A stretch of 63,245 bases of DNA, counting the filler, from Reticulomyxa filosa (Eukaryota; Protista; Foraminifera), in assembly GCA_000512085.1 (NCBI GenBank). It is 16 parts of 16 records of this genome, joined end to end, with 100 filler letters (N's around TTAATTAATTAA, not from the genome) between each part and the next. Parts side by side here need not be neighbours in the genome. Positions count along the whole stretch, not along the records: positions 22,750 to 25,746 come from ASPP01011396.1; positions 25,847 to 31,752 come from ASPP01003307.1; positions 31,853 to 33,126 come from ASPP01010871.1; positions 33,227 to 42,261 come from ASPP01000017.1; 12 more parts are not named here. The stretch is one strand, 5' to 3'. Every line of letters begins with the position of its first letter. The first letter of the stretch is position 1. Below the pieces are notes generated by a model. It was not told the DNA's origin, did no database searches, and worked only from the letters and a program-made list of their open reading frames with translations. A program made the position numbers and the translations under genes. Of the stretch, positions 22,960 to 36,365 are shown one piece after another.

Positions 22960-25705
22960 TTAATCAACAGTGACCGCTTTCGCCAAGTTTTTTGGCTTGT
23001 CAGGATTAATTCCCTTGAGGATGCTCAGTTCGTAGGCCAAGAGTTGCATCGGTATAGTGGCCAACAAAGCAGTTAAACAGCCATTACTTGGGATTTGGAT
23101 AATATCGCCATGAAGTCCTTGCAGCAAATCCGCATTGTTTGTAATATAAATCATCTTTCCCCCTCTGCTTTCAATTTCGTGAGCATTAGTAATCATGGTT
23201 TTAGCATGTGCATCGTCAAGTATGATCATTATCACTGGCGTACCTGTTTCAAACACCAAAAAAAAGAACTAATCTGACTGGCTCCAAAAAAAAAAAAAAG
23301 AGTGTGTATATGTATATATAGCCTTATACAAACCTTCTTCAATCATGGCAAATGGACCATGTTTAAGAGCCCCTCCGCTGTAACCTTCGGCATGCATATA
23401 AGTAATTTCTTTGATTTTGAGAGCTCCCTCGTAAGCAATGGGCTCTGCGAAGCCTTTTCCCAACACGAACATGTGTTGTTGATGCTGCAGTTTTTGTGCA
23501 AGTTTTGCACACTGGTCACGCGTTTGCAGAGTGACTCCACAATAGAGTGGCAGACGCAGCAAAGCATCGACTAGCTCTTTTCTTCGCTGTTCGTCGACAA
23601 CATGCAAAGGAGGACGATGTCCATGGGACGACGACAATTTCTGAGATGTGGCTCCGATGTCTTGAAAGACTTTCATCTGCTCTTGACTCCTTTTTTGAGC
23701 AAACCATCCCGCAATCAGACCTAACGCAGTTACTTGCGTTAAAAAGGCCTTTGTTGAGGCCACTCCATGTTCTCTTCCCGCATACAAATACACGCCGCAT
23801 CCTGTGCTACGAGCGATGGCCGATCCGACGGCGTTCACTACCGAAAATCTCGGAATGCTTAACATTTCGGCAACATTCAATGTGTTCAACACATCTTTGG
23901 TTTCACCCGATTGTGAAATTACCAACATCCCTGCGGAGTCTATTTTTTGTTGTACGTATACATTTCGTCAAATTAGTCTTTTTTTTTTTGGAGGTACTTT
24001 AGTTTGGAGCCAGAAAAGAAAGAGTGTGTATTTTTTTTTTTTTTTGTTCGAATGTATACATATACATATATATATATATTTTTTTTTTTTAAAAGGATAA
24101 AAAGTTAGGTTGATTTGCAACATACGTGATGGAAAGGTATCCACAGTGACTTCCGCAGCATCTTCGACAGACACAGTTTCAAACGCGTTCAAGTACTTCA
24201 TCAATCTCTGTGCGTACAAAGCGGCATGGTAACTCGTGCCGCAGCCGACCATGACCAAATGCTTAATGCTCAAAAGCATGTCTTCGGATTTCTCCAAACC
24301 TCCTAACTTGACGAGATGGTCATTGCAAAGACGGGAGCCATATCCAAGCGATCTCAAAACTGCCTCTGGCTGCTCCATAATCTCTTTAATCGTCCAATGA
24401 GGAAACGGCGACGGAGAGAGAGGAATGTGCTCTTTTTCTGCTTTTTGCAAGCGCGACTTGTCAAGTGACACTCCATTTGCCTGTCATTTTATATATACGT
24501 ATACGTATACGTATACTGAAAAATGGAGGCGAGTCAAGTATGTGAAGCATATATATATATTTATTTTTTTTTTTACGTATGTTTAGAACCCATTGCATTA
24601 ACTGTGACAACAGCAATTTCACCATCTTTTAGAGCAATGTATTCATTGGTATATTGTTGAAAAGCAGTGTGTTCACTAGCGACAAAATTGCGTCCGCGAT
24701 CCAATCCGATGACTAAAGGAGAGCCATTTCGAGCACAATAGATTTCATGAGGACGATCTTTGCAAATCATAGCAATCCCCCAAGACCCTTCCAGCTCTCT
24801 CAGTGCACATCGCAATGCCTCTTCTGGCGTCTTGTTGGCATCCAAGTACGTACCCACCAAATTGCAAATCACCTCCGTGTCCGTTTGCGTGAAAAAAGGT
24901 ATCCCTTGCTGCAACAGCCTCTGTTTCACTTCATGGCAATTCTCAATTGTCCCATTGTGAATCAATGCCAAACGCTGCTTGTAATCGCTATGTGGATGCG
25001 CATTCAAGTCCGTTTTTGCGCCATGCGTTGCCCAACGCGTATGTCCGATACCGCATGTATGCTTTGCATGGTTTGCTGGTGCCTTCATTTTTTTTTTTTT
25101 TTTGGTATTACGTACATCATACGTATATGCTATACCAATATATACACATATACACATATATATATGTATATATATATACATATATGTATACGTATATGAC
25201 AAAACTTCTTTTTTCAATAAATCCAAAGAATCACTTGTTGAGCCTTTAGAAGCATGCTTAGTGATAAAGAGCTCCAAATTACTGCTGGAGTGTCTCATAC
25301 TAGGTTTAAGACTAGTGAGTGAAGGAGTGGAACTCGCATTATCTAGTGGTGTCCCACTCTTCAAGCTGCTTTTAATGGACTGGAACGTCGATTGTCCCAA
25401 GTTTGGAGCCACTTCTTTGATGACTACATCGTTTGCTCCAATGGTGGCTATGCCTGCACTATCGTATCCTCGGTTTTGCAAAATGTTCAAGCCGCTCAAT
25501 AAGTAATCGATCACCGGCTCATTCCCAACCATTCCAATTATTCCACATGCGTTTACATGCTTCTGCTTCTTTGACACTTGCACGCTGCTTGCCATTACTC
25601 CTAACAGACTCAGTACACCATAATAGAGCCACTCGTTTTGCATCCCCTTTTCATTTTGCTCCTCTCCATTCTTTTGCCATTGCTTTCTCGTATTTGTGAA
25701 AACAC
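22960..25705 (-). CDS. GFAT: Glutamine-fructose-6-phosphate aminotransferase (isomerizing) with an N-terminal extension; 4 internal introns; 5' partial
   Basis: CGIIG, NRGYDSAG, GIGHTRWATHG, HNGTIEN, TDTEV, GCGTSYHA, SQSGET, EGALKIKEI, LKHGP and PKNLAKAVTVD. Confidence 0.95.
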
Positions 25706-25709
25706 TGTT

Positions 25710-25746
<37 letters not shown>

Positions 25747-25905
25747 NNNNNNNNNNNNNNNNNNNNNNNNNNNNNNNNNNNNNNNNNNNNTTAATTAATT
25801 AANNNNNNNNNNNNNNNNNNNNNNNNNNNNNNNNNNNNNNNNNNNNTTTCTTTGGAATATATTGTTTTTTATTAAAATAAAAAAATAAAAAAATAAAACA
25901 TATAG

Positions 25906-26686
25906 CTTCATCGTGATTTCCGAAAACCAATGATCGTATTCACTCCAAAGTTTGGCCTTCGTCATCCCCTTGCGGCCAGCAAACTGAGCGACTTTTGCGG
26001 CAAGAGCAAATTCCAGCGCCTGATTCCCGACGACGGAGCTGGACTACCCAAGGGCTTGGCCGCGGATGACAAAGTGCGAAGAGTGCTGTTTTGCAGCGGC
26101 AAAATTTGGATCCACTTGATGGACCATCGCGTCAAAGTGTCCGCCAAAGAACCACAAAAACTCAACGACGTTGTCTTTGTACGCTTGGAGCAAGTGTCGC
26201 CCTTCCCTTATGATCTGGTCCAAGAACAATTGAAAAAATATCGCAATGTATGTTTTTTCTCAGTCTGTTTGATAGTTCGTTTTTTGTGTGTGTAATAAGG
26301 TATATATGCATTTATATATGTATATACATATATGTATATATATTTATGTGTTTTTTTTTTTAATGATATGTTTATATTCAGGCTGAATTCGTATGGGTGC
26401 AAGAAGAACCCAAAAATATGGGCGCGTGGACTTATGTTTCTCCTCGATTTACAACTGCTGCCAAAGGCATCACCAACAAACTCCCAGTTAAGTATAAGTA
26501 TTTATGCACAAAACACACACGTAATTGTGAAAACATAATCGAATGGTAAATTTTAAACCTCTCTCCTTCTTTTTTCTTTCATGACAGCGATTAATTTCCA
26601 GAAAAAGTGCGGCTGCACCTGCCACTGGATATCCACAAATCGACAAAAAAGAACAAACAGAAATTGTCGAGTCTTGCTTTGTCTAA
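25906..26686 (+). CDS. OGDH: 2-oxoglutarate dehydrogenase E1, C-terminal part (2 introns)
   Basis: [45 protein letters not shown] and SAAAPATG. Confidence 0.93.
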
Positions 26687-27269
26687 TATTTTGTTGTAAA
26701 ACGCATCAAAATAAAAACTCGTTTTTAAAAACACCAACGTATTGACTTTGGAAGCCTCTTTGGATTTATATATTTTTTTGTATTCTTTTATTTTTTCATG
26801 TGACAAAGTTGTGCAAACTGGTTTTTGTTTTACTTTCTTGGTGTGTCCAAAGCTTCTACTTTGTTTTTGATTTGTTTTTCCCCCTCCACACTAGCCAACA
26901 TTTTCTCGTTTGTAATCTACTCTGAGAATTATACGCGTTGTCGGCACTTGTTCTAAATTCTATGAATCAAATGAAAATAATTTTTTTTATCATGATACAT
27001 TTTATTGAATGGGAAAATCGAGTAACAAAAATTTTAAAAATTCAAATTACTCTCATCAAAGTGTTTTTATGGTAATTTGAAAAATAGTACTGCACTGTGA
27101 TATGTTGAAATTCTTAAATCAGCTCAACCAAAATTGGTCAAAAACAAATAAATCTATAAAGTCATAACTTCATAGATGGGCATTTTTAAGAAACGTCTTA
27201 GTTTAAACACCGTACCGAACGTAAAGTGTGGATGACCTTGTAACAAGAAAAAACCTTTAAAAGCTGATA

Positions 27270-28126
27270 ATGGGCAACAATGCAGGAACGTCTGGCAATT
27301 CTGCCGACAACGTTTAGCTTTCATTCGTTTTTTTTTAAAAAATCTCTTTCGTACCCTTACTTGTTTATCCAACAGCGTAGTTTGGTCGTGTTGTATGACT
27401 AGTCTTCCCAAAACGCCGACAATAAAGAAGGCAAAAAAACCGAATCATCGAAAGGAAAAAATCAAGTCCAATTAGCCGTGAGTTTGTTGGGTGGGGTTGG
27501 TCCCATGGCAGCTTATCACACATCTGTGGTCATTAACAACACCGAATGTTTCGCTCAAAAAAAGCAACTAGTTTTTTTCCTCTCTTTCCCTCTCTCCCCC
27601 CCCCCCTTTCCTTATCAAAAGAAATTTTTTAAAGGACACAAAATGTATACGTACTTCAGACTTTTTTGACGGCAGTGGTGTGATGTCATCAACGGATTTT
27701 GCATCGCATCAAAACAAGCAACAATTTCAAATAATCGATATTGGATACACAAATAAGACACCTACACAAATGCTGAGCGCATTGCGCGGTCATTTTGAGA
27801 GTGGAACATATGATCTGTTGCGCAAAAATTGTAATTCGTTCAGCGACTGTGCGTTGTGGTTCTTATGTAAACAGCGGTTGAACAAACAGTTCAATTCGAT
27901 GGAAAAACTGGGAACGCAAATGATGTCAACAATGATGCAAAATAGTGAATATAAACCAAACCCAAAAGCAGACAATTTTGACAAAGAAAAAGTCATTGAA
28001 TCTTTGGACACAAAGTCTGTGTTCAAAAAAACTGATGGCTTGTCTTTGGGTGGTACCAATGCTCAAGATGTCAATGAAATGAGAAATAAGCGATTGGAAA
28101 TGTTGGAAAAACGCATGAATCAATGA
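27270..28126 (+). CDS. PPPDE/DeSI-family isopeptidase (introns ~27312-27402 and ~27548-27659)
   Basis: Catalytic His in AYHTSVVINNTEYFF (spliced) and catalytic Cys in YDLLRKNCNSFS. Confidence 0.85.
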
Positions 28127-29837
28127 CTTCTTTTTGATTTCTTTTTTTTTAGTTACAGCTTTTAAAATCTTCGTATCACAAATTTCATCCCTTTTTTTTA
28201 CATTTTCTGTGCATGTGCACACTTTCCTCTATTTCTTCTCTTCAAAAAAAGTAACAACTCACATTTTTAAACCCAAACGAGCCTTTTTTGTCTGTTCATT
28301 AAAATTCGGCCTACATTTGGATATATACAAAACAATGGCTTCTGTTGGGTTGATTTTGCCTGTAATTCTATTAAAAAACGTTGAATGACAAAATGTCAGT
28401 TGGATGACCAAATTGTAAATCCAAAAGAATGTCTACAATACAATTTCGATTTTTCCATTTTCGTACCTTCATATTCATCACAAATAAAATAAATTATACT
28501 GCATTATCTCTTTTTATTAACTATCTTGTCTAAATAATTTTTTAAAAAAGTGTCATTAATGTGCTTATTTTTGAACCTCCAAGATATTTATTTAAATCAA
28601 ATTTAAATCCAAAACAAAAAAGGAAATTCAAAGAAATTGACATTTTTGTAAATATTTTTAAATTACTCATTCAAAAATTGAAAAATAATAACATTATACC
28701 TTAATTATTATTTATGCAATACACTTTTTTTTTACTAAAATTGTCAAATAAAAGAATCAACTGTATGTTATTTTGTGTTTGCAACACTGTAAAATAATAA
28801 ATTAAATTATTATCACGACAACAACATTACATGAACTCATTCTGTTGTTATATACAATATGTTGTCATTCTTAAACTTCATTCAGTTTCAGTTATTGAAT
28901 ATATATTTAATGAATCTATCTTTCCGAATGAATGAAAAGAGTTAAAACTCTGTTTGTGTGAGTTCATTTGTAAATGTATTTGAAAGAATTTTGCATTCTA
29001 TCCATAATTTATGATAATCACGTATAGACTATATTTGCGTTTGATATTGTTTGAATTCAAACTCATTTTTAAATCGTTTTCATAATGTTCAATTCAATAA
29101 ATCGTATAAATTTAAAGCCACCAAATAAGGAGTTTTAAACAGAAAAAGTTTTACATTCGAAAATTCAATAAAAAAGTATTTTATCAAATGGAGACACTGT
29201 TGTCTTTCACACGATAACACAATTCAGTTATGGGATGTAAAATCAGTATATGAAAAACAAATCACATTATTCATTTTAGTCAATGTTTCATTACTTGATT
29301 GATTTTGAATTTTCGATCACAATGTATCCTTCTAATATAGTATAATATTTTAATGTTGTTTGCATTTCAATATAACATCATTGACAAAGAGCTGTTTTTT
29401 TAATTATTTAAGTTTAGGAAATAGCTATTACGAAACTGATAATATGACAAAGCTATGAAATGAATGAAATAGACATGTATTTTTATGTAGATGTTTAGAA
29501 TCCTACTTATTGCAAAATAAGAGTAGAAAAAGGTTTTAATCAGTTTTATTACTTCAAAAATGCAAATCAATCTATCAATTTTGCTTTTGATAACAATATT
29601 TGCATCGTATTAATAAAGCATAACAATAGATTAAATTTAAATAAATATTCTTTCTGATTAATATATGAATGGATTTTCATTACATAAAAAAAAATGACAA
29701 CAGTGAATAGTATAGATTAGTCATTGATTTAGGTATTGATAGAAATTTTTGTACTTCGATTATATAAAAATACTTCAAATATTCTTCCTAAAAAAAAAAG
29801 GGTTGCCACTAACATTTCAAAAAAAGGCTCATTTAAC

Positions 29838-30180
29838 ATGTCTACTCAAGCCAACAATGTTTCAAAGTTTGCCTCAATTACCAAAAGCATTCTCACATCC
29901 ACAATGCATTTTATTCAAGGATGAACTCCTTCTTTGTGGAGGCGTTAGAATTAAGGGCTGTTACTCTTACCACACAACAAATATATCTGCTCTTATCAAA
30001 ATGAAGTTCAATTCAATGAACATTGTTTGTAAATAAATCAGTTGTACAACGCAAACCCAAATGAAATCCATTTATTAACTTTTGGAGGACAAGATAAAAA
30101 TTTAGTGAAACAAACCTTTTTAATGAAGTACAAAAGTGTATGGGAAATGAATGAAGGTATTCAGAGTGATTCCAAAATTG
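29838..30180 (+). pseudogene. Kelch/beta-propeller family pseudogene fragment
   Basis: FQSLPQLPKAFSHPQCILFKDELLLCGG..CYSYHT..LLTFGGQ..MKYKSVW, with frameshifts. Confidence 0.6.
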
Positions 30181-30359
30181 ACAATTAATTAGAATATGAT
30201 GATTGAAGATAAAAGTAGGTTTAAATTTTTTAAACAAGCTAGTCAACGAGTTTTTTTGACACGTAAAAAGAAGAAATAACTATCATCTTGCAAGACTTTC
30301 TTTGATAACACAAAACAAAATAAAAGATTTTGAATTTAGTATGACTTTCTGCAAAATTG

Positions 30360-31720
30360 AGTGATCAATTTCGAAGCAAAGATATTACTACCACTCCAAA
30401 GTGGATTGGTTTGCTCTTTGTTCGTGAAAACAATGAATTCGCCAAACATAATGTATTGGATTGGATTGCTAATTGCTAATTGTCCTTCATGACAAATATG
30501 TGCAAATTCGTTCCAATTTGGATGTCATTCCATATATAATATACATGTATATATTAACAATAAGAATATCGCCATCTTCTTTGACATTATAAGCATTATC
30601 ATTATTACTTCGAACAAAATACCAATAATCTCAACGACCACTATAACTCTTTTCTACTTTGTTTGTTTACTCTTCTTCGGTTTTATATATGGCAAGTGGG
30701 GATTTGTCCTCCGTTTGTTTCTATCCCGAATTTCGTGAAACTGCGTTGACAAAATCGAAATTTTTTGGAAGTATCATACAAAAACTCCAACCATTCTCGT
30801 AGACATAAAATGTGGTCATGCAGCTGCATTTGCGCAATCAGATTGTCTAATTCTATGCTAGGAGCCATAATATCAATATCTTCCAAGCTGGGTTCGTCAT
30901 TTTGTTTCTTTTGAAACAATTTTTTCGTTCAAAGTAAGTATGTGCATACGCAAATCCTTTCCCGAGCACTTCCAGCCATTACTATTTACATTTGTAAATC
31001 TATTTAGTACGCATATAAATGTATCAAAATTTTGTTGTTTTTTTTGCTGTGACTGTTTTTGCAAAAAAAAAATGTTTTGAAAAGGGGATTGTTGAGCGAG
31101 TGAGTAAGGTATTTGTGGTATTCCTTCAAAAACGTCGTGGTAGATACAAAAGATTGAACGGTCAGGTACATTATTATCAAAGGTTTTTATATTAATATAG
31201 ATAACATATTAAAATAGTAAACATTATTATCAAGTGATCTCATTTGACGTTTTTTCAAATAAGAGCGATGCATAGTAAATATATCTCATGATTTGTTCCA
31301 GTCAAATTTCTGAATTTCGATATGCTAAATATATCAAGTGGATTCTCTCTATTTTCAATGTACTTTTTCCAAGCTGACACAAATTATATCCAAATTGCAC
31401 TGAACTTGAGTCAAACACAGACCGATAAAGTGATACTTGCCTTTGTGCAAAACACAAATGTAATTTCTTAAATTGAATACCAACAACGTGCCATTTACGA
31501 ATGTTATAACAAGGGAATTGACCCAATCGATTCATCGCCTTCACATTACCATCCACTTTGCAATCGATACTTTTATTCAATGTTTTTGGAAGTGATATTC
31601 CAACATTACCTGCTTCGCTTTGTGTTTAATCCATAATTTCTTTGGCTGTTTGTGAGATCAAAAATTTTCTTTTCTTGCTTTTTGAAATTATTTGATTCTT
31701 CAAAAGCATTCAATGTTCTT
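30360..31720 (-). pseudogene. Decayed gene of an unrecognised lineage-specific family
   Basis: Protein-like segments (DYWYFVRS..VKEDGDILI, NPIQYIMFGEFIVF, ORFs at 30919 and 31580) broken by stops and frameshifts. Confidence 0.35.
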
Positions 31721-32007
31721 CCAAAGAATCGCAATTTGTTCTTTTTTTATTANNNNNNNNNNNNNNNNNNNNNNNNNNNNNNNNNNNNNNNNNNNNTTAA
31801 TTAATTAANNNNNNNNNNNNNNNNNNNNNNNNNNNNNNNNNNNNNNNNNNNNGAAGAAGAAGAAGAAAAAAAGGAGTTTAGTTGTTCTGGGAGGTGGCAA
31901 AAAGATTTTGATAGTTGCAAATTGCAATTAAAAAAAAAGAGGAAACAGTTTGAGTTGTGTTGCAATATTTGGAAAAAGCTTTTTTAAAATTTTAAAAAAA
32001 TAAGAGA

Positions 32008-33047
32008 TTAAATTCCAAGTTTGGGATAGAGTTGTTGATAGCCCAGCATGGAGTCAATATCAAACCAGCGACGTTTGTACATTTCGTCGTAAGTGCAGTT
32101 GTTTGGATCGGACATGTGATGAGACAAGCGAACCAAGCAAGCAAATAGAACATCGATAGCATCGTGAAAGCCAGCAGTGCCATCAGTGTAAACGAATTTG
32201 GGTATCATTCGTAGAATGTTCCTTCGGAGTAAATGGACATATTGAGGAGACAAAGCCATTAATTGTTTGACATAATAATCGTAGTGAGTGATGACATACC
32301 AGGGTTGAACATTGCCACTCATGGTATAGCATTCGAACTCGTTCATCATAACCCCTTCCAAAAACACAGGGATGCATCCAGCGACAATGCCATCCCACAA
32401 GCCTTTTCTCGTGGTGGAGTCGGCCCCTTGTTGAATGCAAAAAACACTTCGTTCATATAATTTCATGCAGCGACGACTAAACGCCAATTCGAGACGACGA
32501 CGACGTTCGCCGTGGGAGTTGAGTCCTTCACGTTTCATCTGTTCTTCGATCTTTAAGCTATCGTCGAACACACATAACTCGCCATCCCAAAACCAAACCC
32601 ACTTTCTCCACCCGTACGTCCATTGGCAATTCTTTAGCGCCTTCTCGCGAATCTCGCTGCGAACAGCGCCACAAAACGACACCAATATATCGCGCTCCAA
32701 CTTTTGACTCCTTTCGATTTGCAATTGCAGCGACTCGATCGACTTTGGATGGAAGATGCTCGGATGAGGGATTGAAAATCGATTCACACACGTGCGAGCA
32801 ATGCCATGGCAGTTGCGATCGATCGACGCCACCACATATAACTTGTCATTCCAAAAGGGGGTGCCCTTGCGAGTTATCTGATGAGTCTCGTATCCAATAC
32901 GTCCGAACAATATCAAATGAGGCTTTTTCAATTCCAGCAGATATCTGTTATATACGCCATCGGTGCTGTCTCTTAGCCACGTTAGCAACTCTTTGTGTTG
33001 TTCACACAAATGAGTCCAATTGCGAGTACGCCAATATCGATAATGAG
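32008..33047 (-). CDS. Exostosin-family (GT47) glycosyltransferase, 3' exon
   Basis: RDILVSFCG..IRE and SVFCIQQGADSTTRKGLWDGIVAGCIPVF match the GT47 pattern S.FCL.P.GD..TR...D....GCIPV. Confidence 0.85.
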
Positions 33048-33569
33048 CTTTTTTTTTTTTTTAAAAAAATTGTTATTATTGTTTTCCCTTTTTTTTTTTT
33101 TTTTTTTAAAAAAATGTTGTTTCCCCNNNNNNNNNNNNNNNNNNNNNNNNNNNNNNNNNNNNNNNNNNNNTTAATTAATTAANNNNNNNNNNNNNNNNNN
33201 NNNNNNNNNNNNNNNNNNNNNNNNNNTTTTTTTGTCTTGCTTACTTTGTCATTCAAAGTAGAGCATTTGCAGTTGAGTCTATTATTTGGATTTTGACTGT
33301 TGTCTTATCGTCAACTGCCCCTCCTTCTCCTCCTCTTCCTCCCCTTCCCTGCCTTGACATACGTTTTTCATATCTTTTGGTTTTTTTGTGCATGCATCGA
33401 ACCTTGACATGCAGACGTGCAAGGACACTTTTTTATCCTCCAAAATACGTGCAGAACTAAGCGAGTAAGTACCAATTTTCTCCCACTATCCACCTGTTTG
33501 ACATCTTTCTTGTTTTTTTTTTTTTTTTGGCTGTTATAGATCATCCTGGATTTAAAATAAATAAATAAA

Positions 33570-33601
<32 letters not shown>

Positions 33602-33664
33602 TAAAATTTAAAAAAACAACAATTAAATTAAAATCAAACCATAGTACACCAAACATTACATACA

Positions 33665-34502
33665 GGCCAAACGAAGAAGCGACAACGTCCTCCCAATCTG
33701 TAAGCGGCAAAGAAGTCGAAAAAGGCGCAAGCGATGAAAAAAAGGAAGAGAAAAATGTCTTGGCAACACTTGGTATTAGAAAGAAATACACACACACAGT
33801 CGCGTACACGCTACTGTATAGGATCAAGAAAACATACATACATATGTATATTTTCATCTTCCATCATCGTATTGAGATATGTTTGTAACTGTTGGAACTA
33901 ACAATTCAAAACGAAAGGTCTGTCTGTGTATTTGAGTGGCTCCGAATCCGAAGCAAATGAATCCGACAATGAGTCCCAAATATCGGTGCCACGAGCAAAC
34001 GATGACGAAGTGGACACACACAAAAGTGAAAACAGTGTGAGTTCGATCCAAACCAAACCAAAAGAGAATGGGACAGAAGACGAAAGACCCAAACATGCGC
34101 ACTTGCAAAGTGGCAATCAAAACGAGAAAAGCAAGAAAGAAAACGAATTGGCAGATGATAAAAAAAGAATGAATGGCAAACATAAAAAAGAAAATGAAAA
34201 ACATGCCACAGAGTCGGATGATAGACAAAAAAAAAAGATAGAGACCGAGAGAGGGACAGAGATAAAGAGAATGAAAGATCGCAAAGGCCACGTGAAAGAC
34301 ATCACCACAAAGACAAGGGCAAGAGTAAAGACAGAGACAAAGACAAAAATAAAGAAAAAATAAAGATAAAGATAAGACTCGAGACAAAAGAAACAGAAGC
34401 AAAGATAGAAAAAAAAGCAAAAAACGCAGTCGGACAAAATCACGATCCAAAAGTCCACGTAAACTCACTTATCATTCTAAACGGGTGCGCTACAATCAAT
34501 GA
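33665..34502 (+). CDS. C-terminal part of an acidic, then RD/RS-rich, probably nuclear protein
   Basis: An acidic stretch is followed by DRDRERDRD and RSKDRKKSKKRSRTKSRSKSPR. Frame changes occur at A-runs. Confidence 0.5.
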
Positions 34503-35790
34503 CACTTTGTCAAACATCTTTTCATTCTCTTTTGTTTATTTTGTAGCGTTCCTCAAAATCAATGATCCAATATCGAAAAAACCAAAATTTTTTTACAACA
34601 ACGAGATTCAAGGTAAATGCACCATTCTTAGCTTCTTTCTATTATTTTTTGTTAAAAATATCCTTGCTAGAGAAGAAAAAAGTGATTATATCATTATTGC
34701 AAAGCTAATCGAATTATATTCCAAAAAGAGTTACATAAACTTCAATAGCTTTTATTATCTCCTCTTCTAGATTAGCACTCTTATTCCTTTCAAATACTAA
34801 AATTTTTTAATTCAACGCTCTTGAAGCAATAAAAAAAAATTGTTATGTATTTTTGGAATGGTTGCAGAGATATTTGTTTTTATCAATGCAGAAAAAACAA
34901 CTACTCGTTTTCCAAATTGCCGAAAGAATTGCTCGATGTTGGAGCCAGTCAAGGCGGCAATGAAAACGTGTAAAAGTTAGCAGAAGTGTCACTTGACCAT
35001 TTTTCTCGGCCGTAATTGCCATTGTTTCATCTATCTTTTAGAAAATGTTCAAAGTTTGCTGTAACAATTGTTAAAGGTAGATGCATTGGTTTTCAATACG
35101 ATAAGTATTTTTTTAGTACTTTGTAGAAAAAGAAAATGTCTTTAAAAGATCTTTTGTTAATCATATTTTTTAAAAAAATATAAAAAGTTATTATTTTAAA
35201 AAATGTAGTAATTTTGCCCGTTTCAAAAAAAAAAATTCCCCCTTTAAATCATTCACAACTTGTGTCGACATGTCATCGAACGATGAACCACCAAAAGTGT
35301 GGAGGCACCTTGTTTTTGCCGAAATCCTTTTCGCAGACCTCATTGTCATCATATCCTCATGATACTTTCGATCAAGTGTGCACGCACGAAAGGTCCAACG
35401 ACGAACGACAAACTAAAGTTCCAATTTCAATATCAATATATATATGTCAACATATATCTTTCATCTTCGCCACAACTTGATATCGAACATGTTACTATCA
35501 ACTCGTCACAGTCTTCGTTTTATCAAGATTTTATCACTGTCTATAGCATTGACGCCAGACGAAAGAACAAATGAACTAACATAATTGACAATAAGTTTGT
35601 CAAACTCATTAATACAGCAAAATTTGACTTGAAGTGTTTGAATTCAGTCTTGTATGACTACTTCTATATTTTATTTAACTGGTTCCATTGATATTCAAAT
35701 ATAATTTATAAAAAAAACTAGATCTCTGTGAATTTTTTTCTCTTTTAAAAATATATATTTGCAAGTTTGATTGTCAAAACTTGAAACTAT

Positions 35791-36365
35791 TGTAGGGCAA
35801 GCTCTTATTATACATGGCTGAACGCTTATGGAACTGAGGAGCTTCCTTTGGGTTAAACCTCCTCAACAAACTACCTCTTACTTGTTTTCTCTCTTACTTC
35901 TTTTGTCTTCTGATTTATTCTTTAATTTACTTTGTTTACTGAAAGTCGCTCTCATTTATAGTAACAATCTTTCGTATTACATTTAGTGAAGCTCTTCACT
36001 GTAGACTCCCCACACTATTTCGCAATAGAATGACACGCGATTGGCACAATTTGAAGAGGCTTTGATTAAGGCTCATATCCAAATCCGTGACAAAGACGAT
36101 GAAATTCGAGAAATGACCAACACATTGAATAGCCTGACATCGCAATCGCCGATACTCCTTTCGGGTGTGACGGCGAGCATCGTGACGGAATAAGACGACC
36201 TCCACAGCAAAGGCGGCGACAAATCGCATAATAAAAATGCAATTAGCTCTTTGTCCGCCACCCATCATCTTCGAAAGTGTCGTCAAATCATTGAGGGACT
36301 TGACCTCCGTCATAAGACCAAGCAACTCGTCAACTGAACACAGTGTGGACATTGCTGATTATGTC
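35791..36365 (+). mobile_element. LTR-like repeat copy 2 (35791-35981) followed by decayed internal coding sequence
   Basis: TGTAGGGCAAG...TCGTATTACA is homologous to 13091-13290. The GC-richer downstream segment encodes a coiled-coil-like peptide with stops. Confidence 0.6.
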
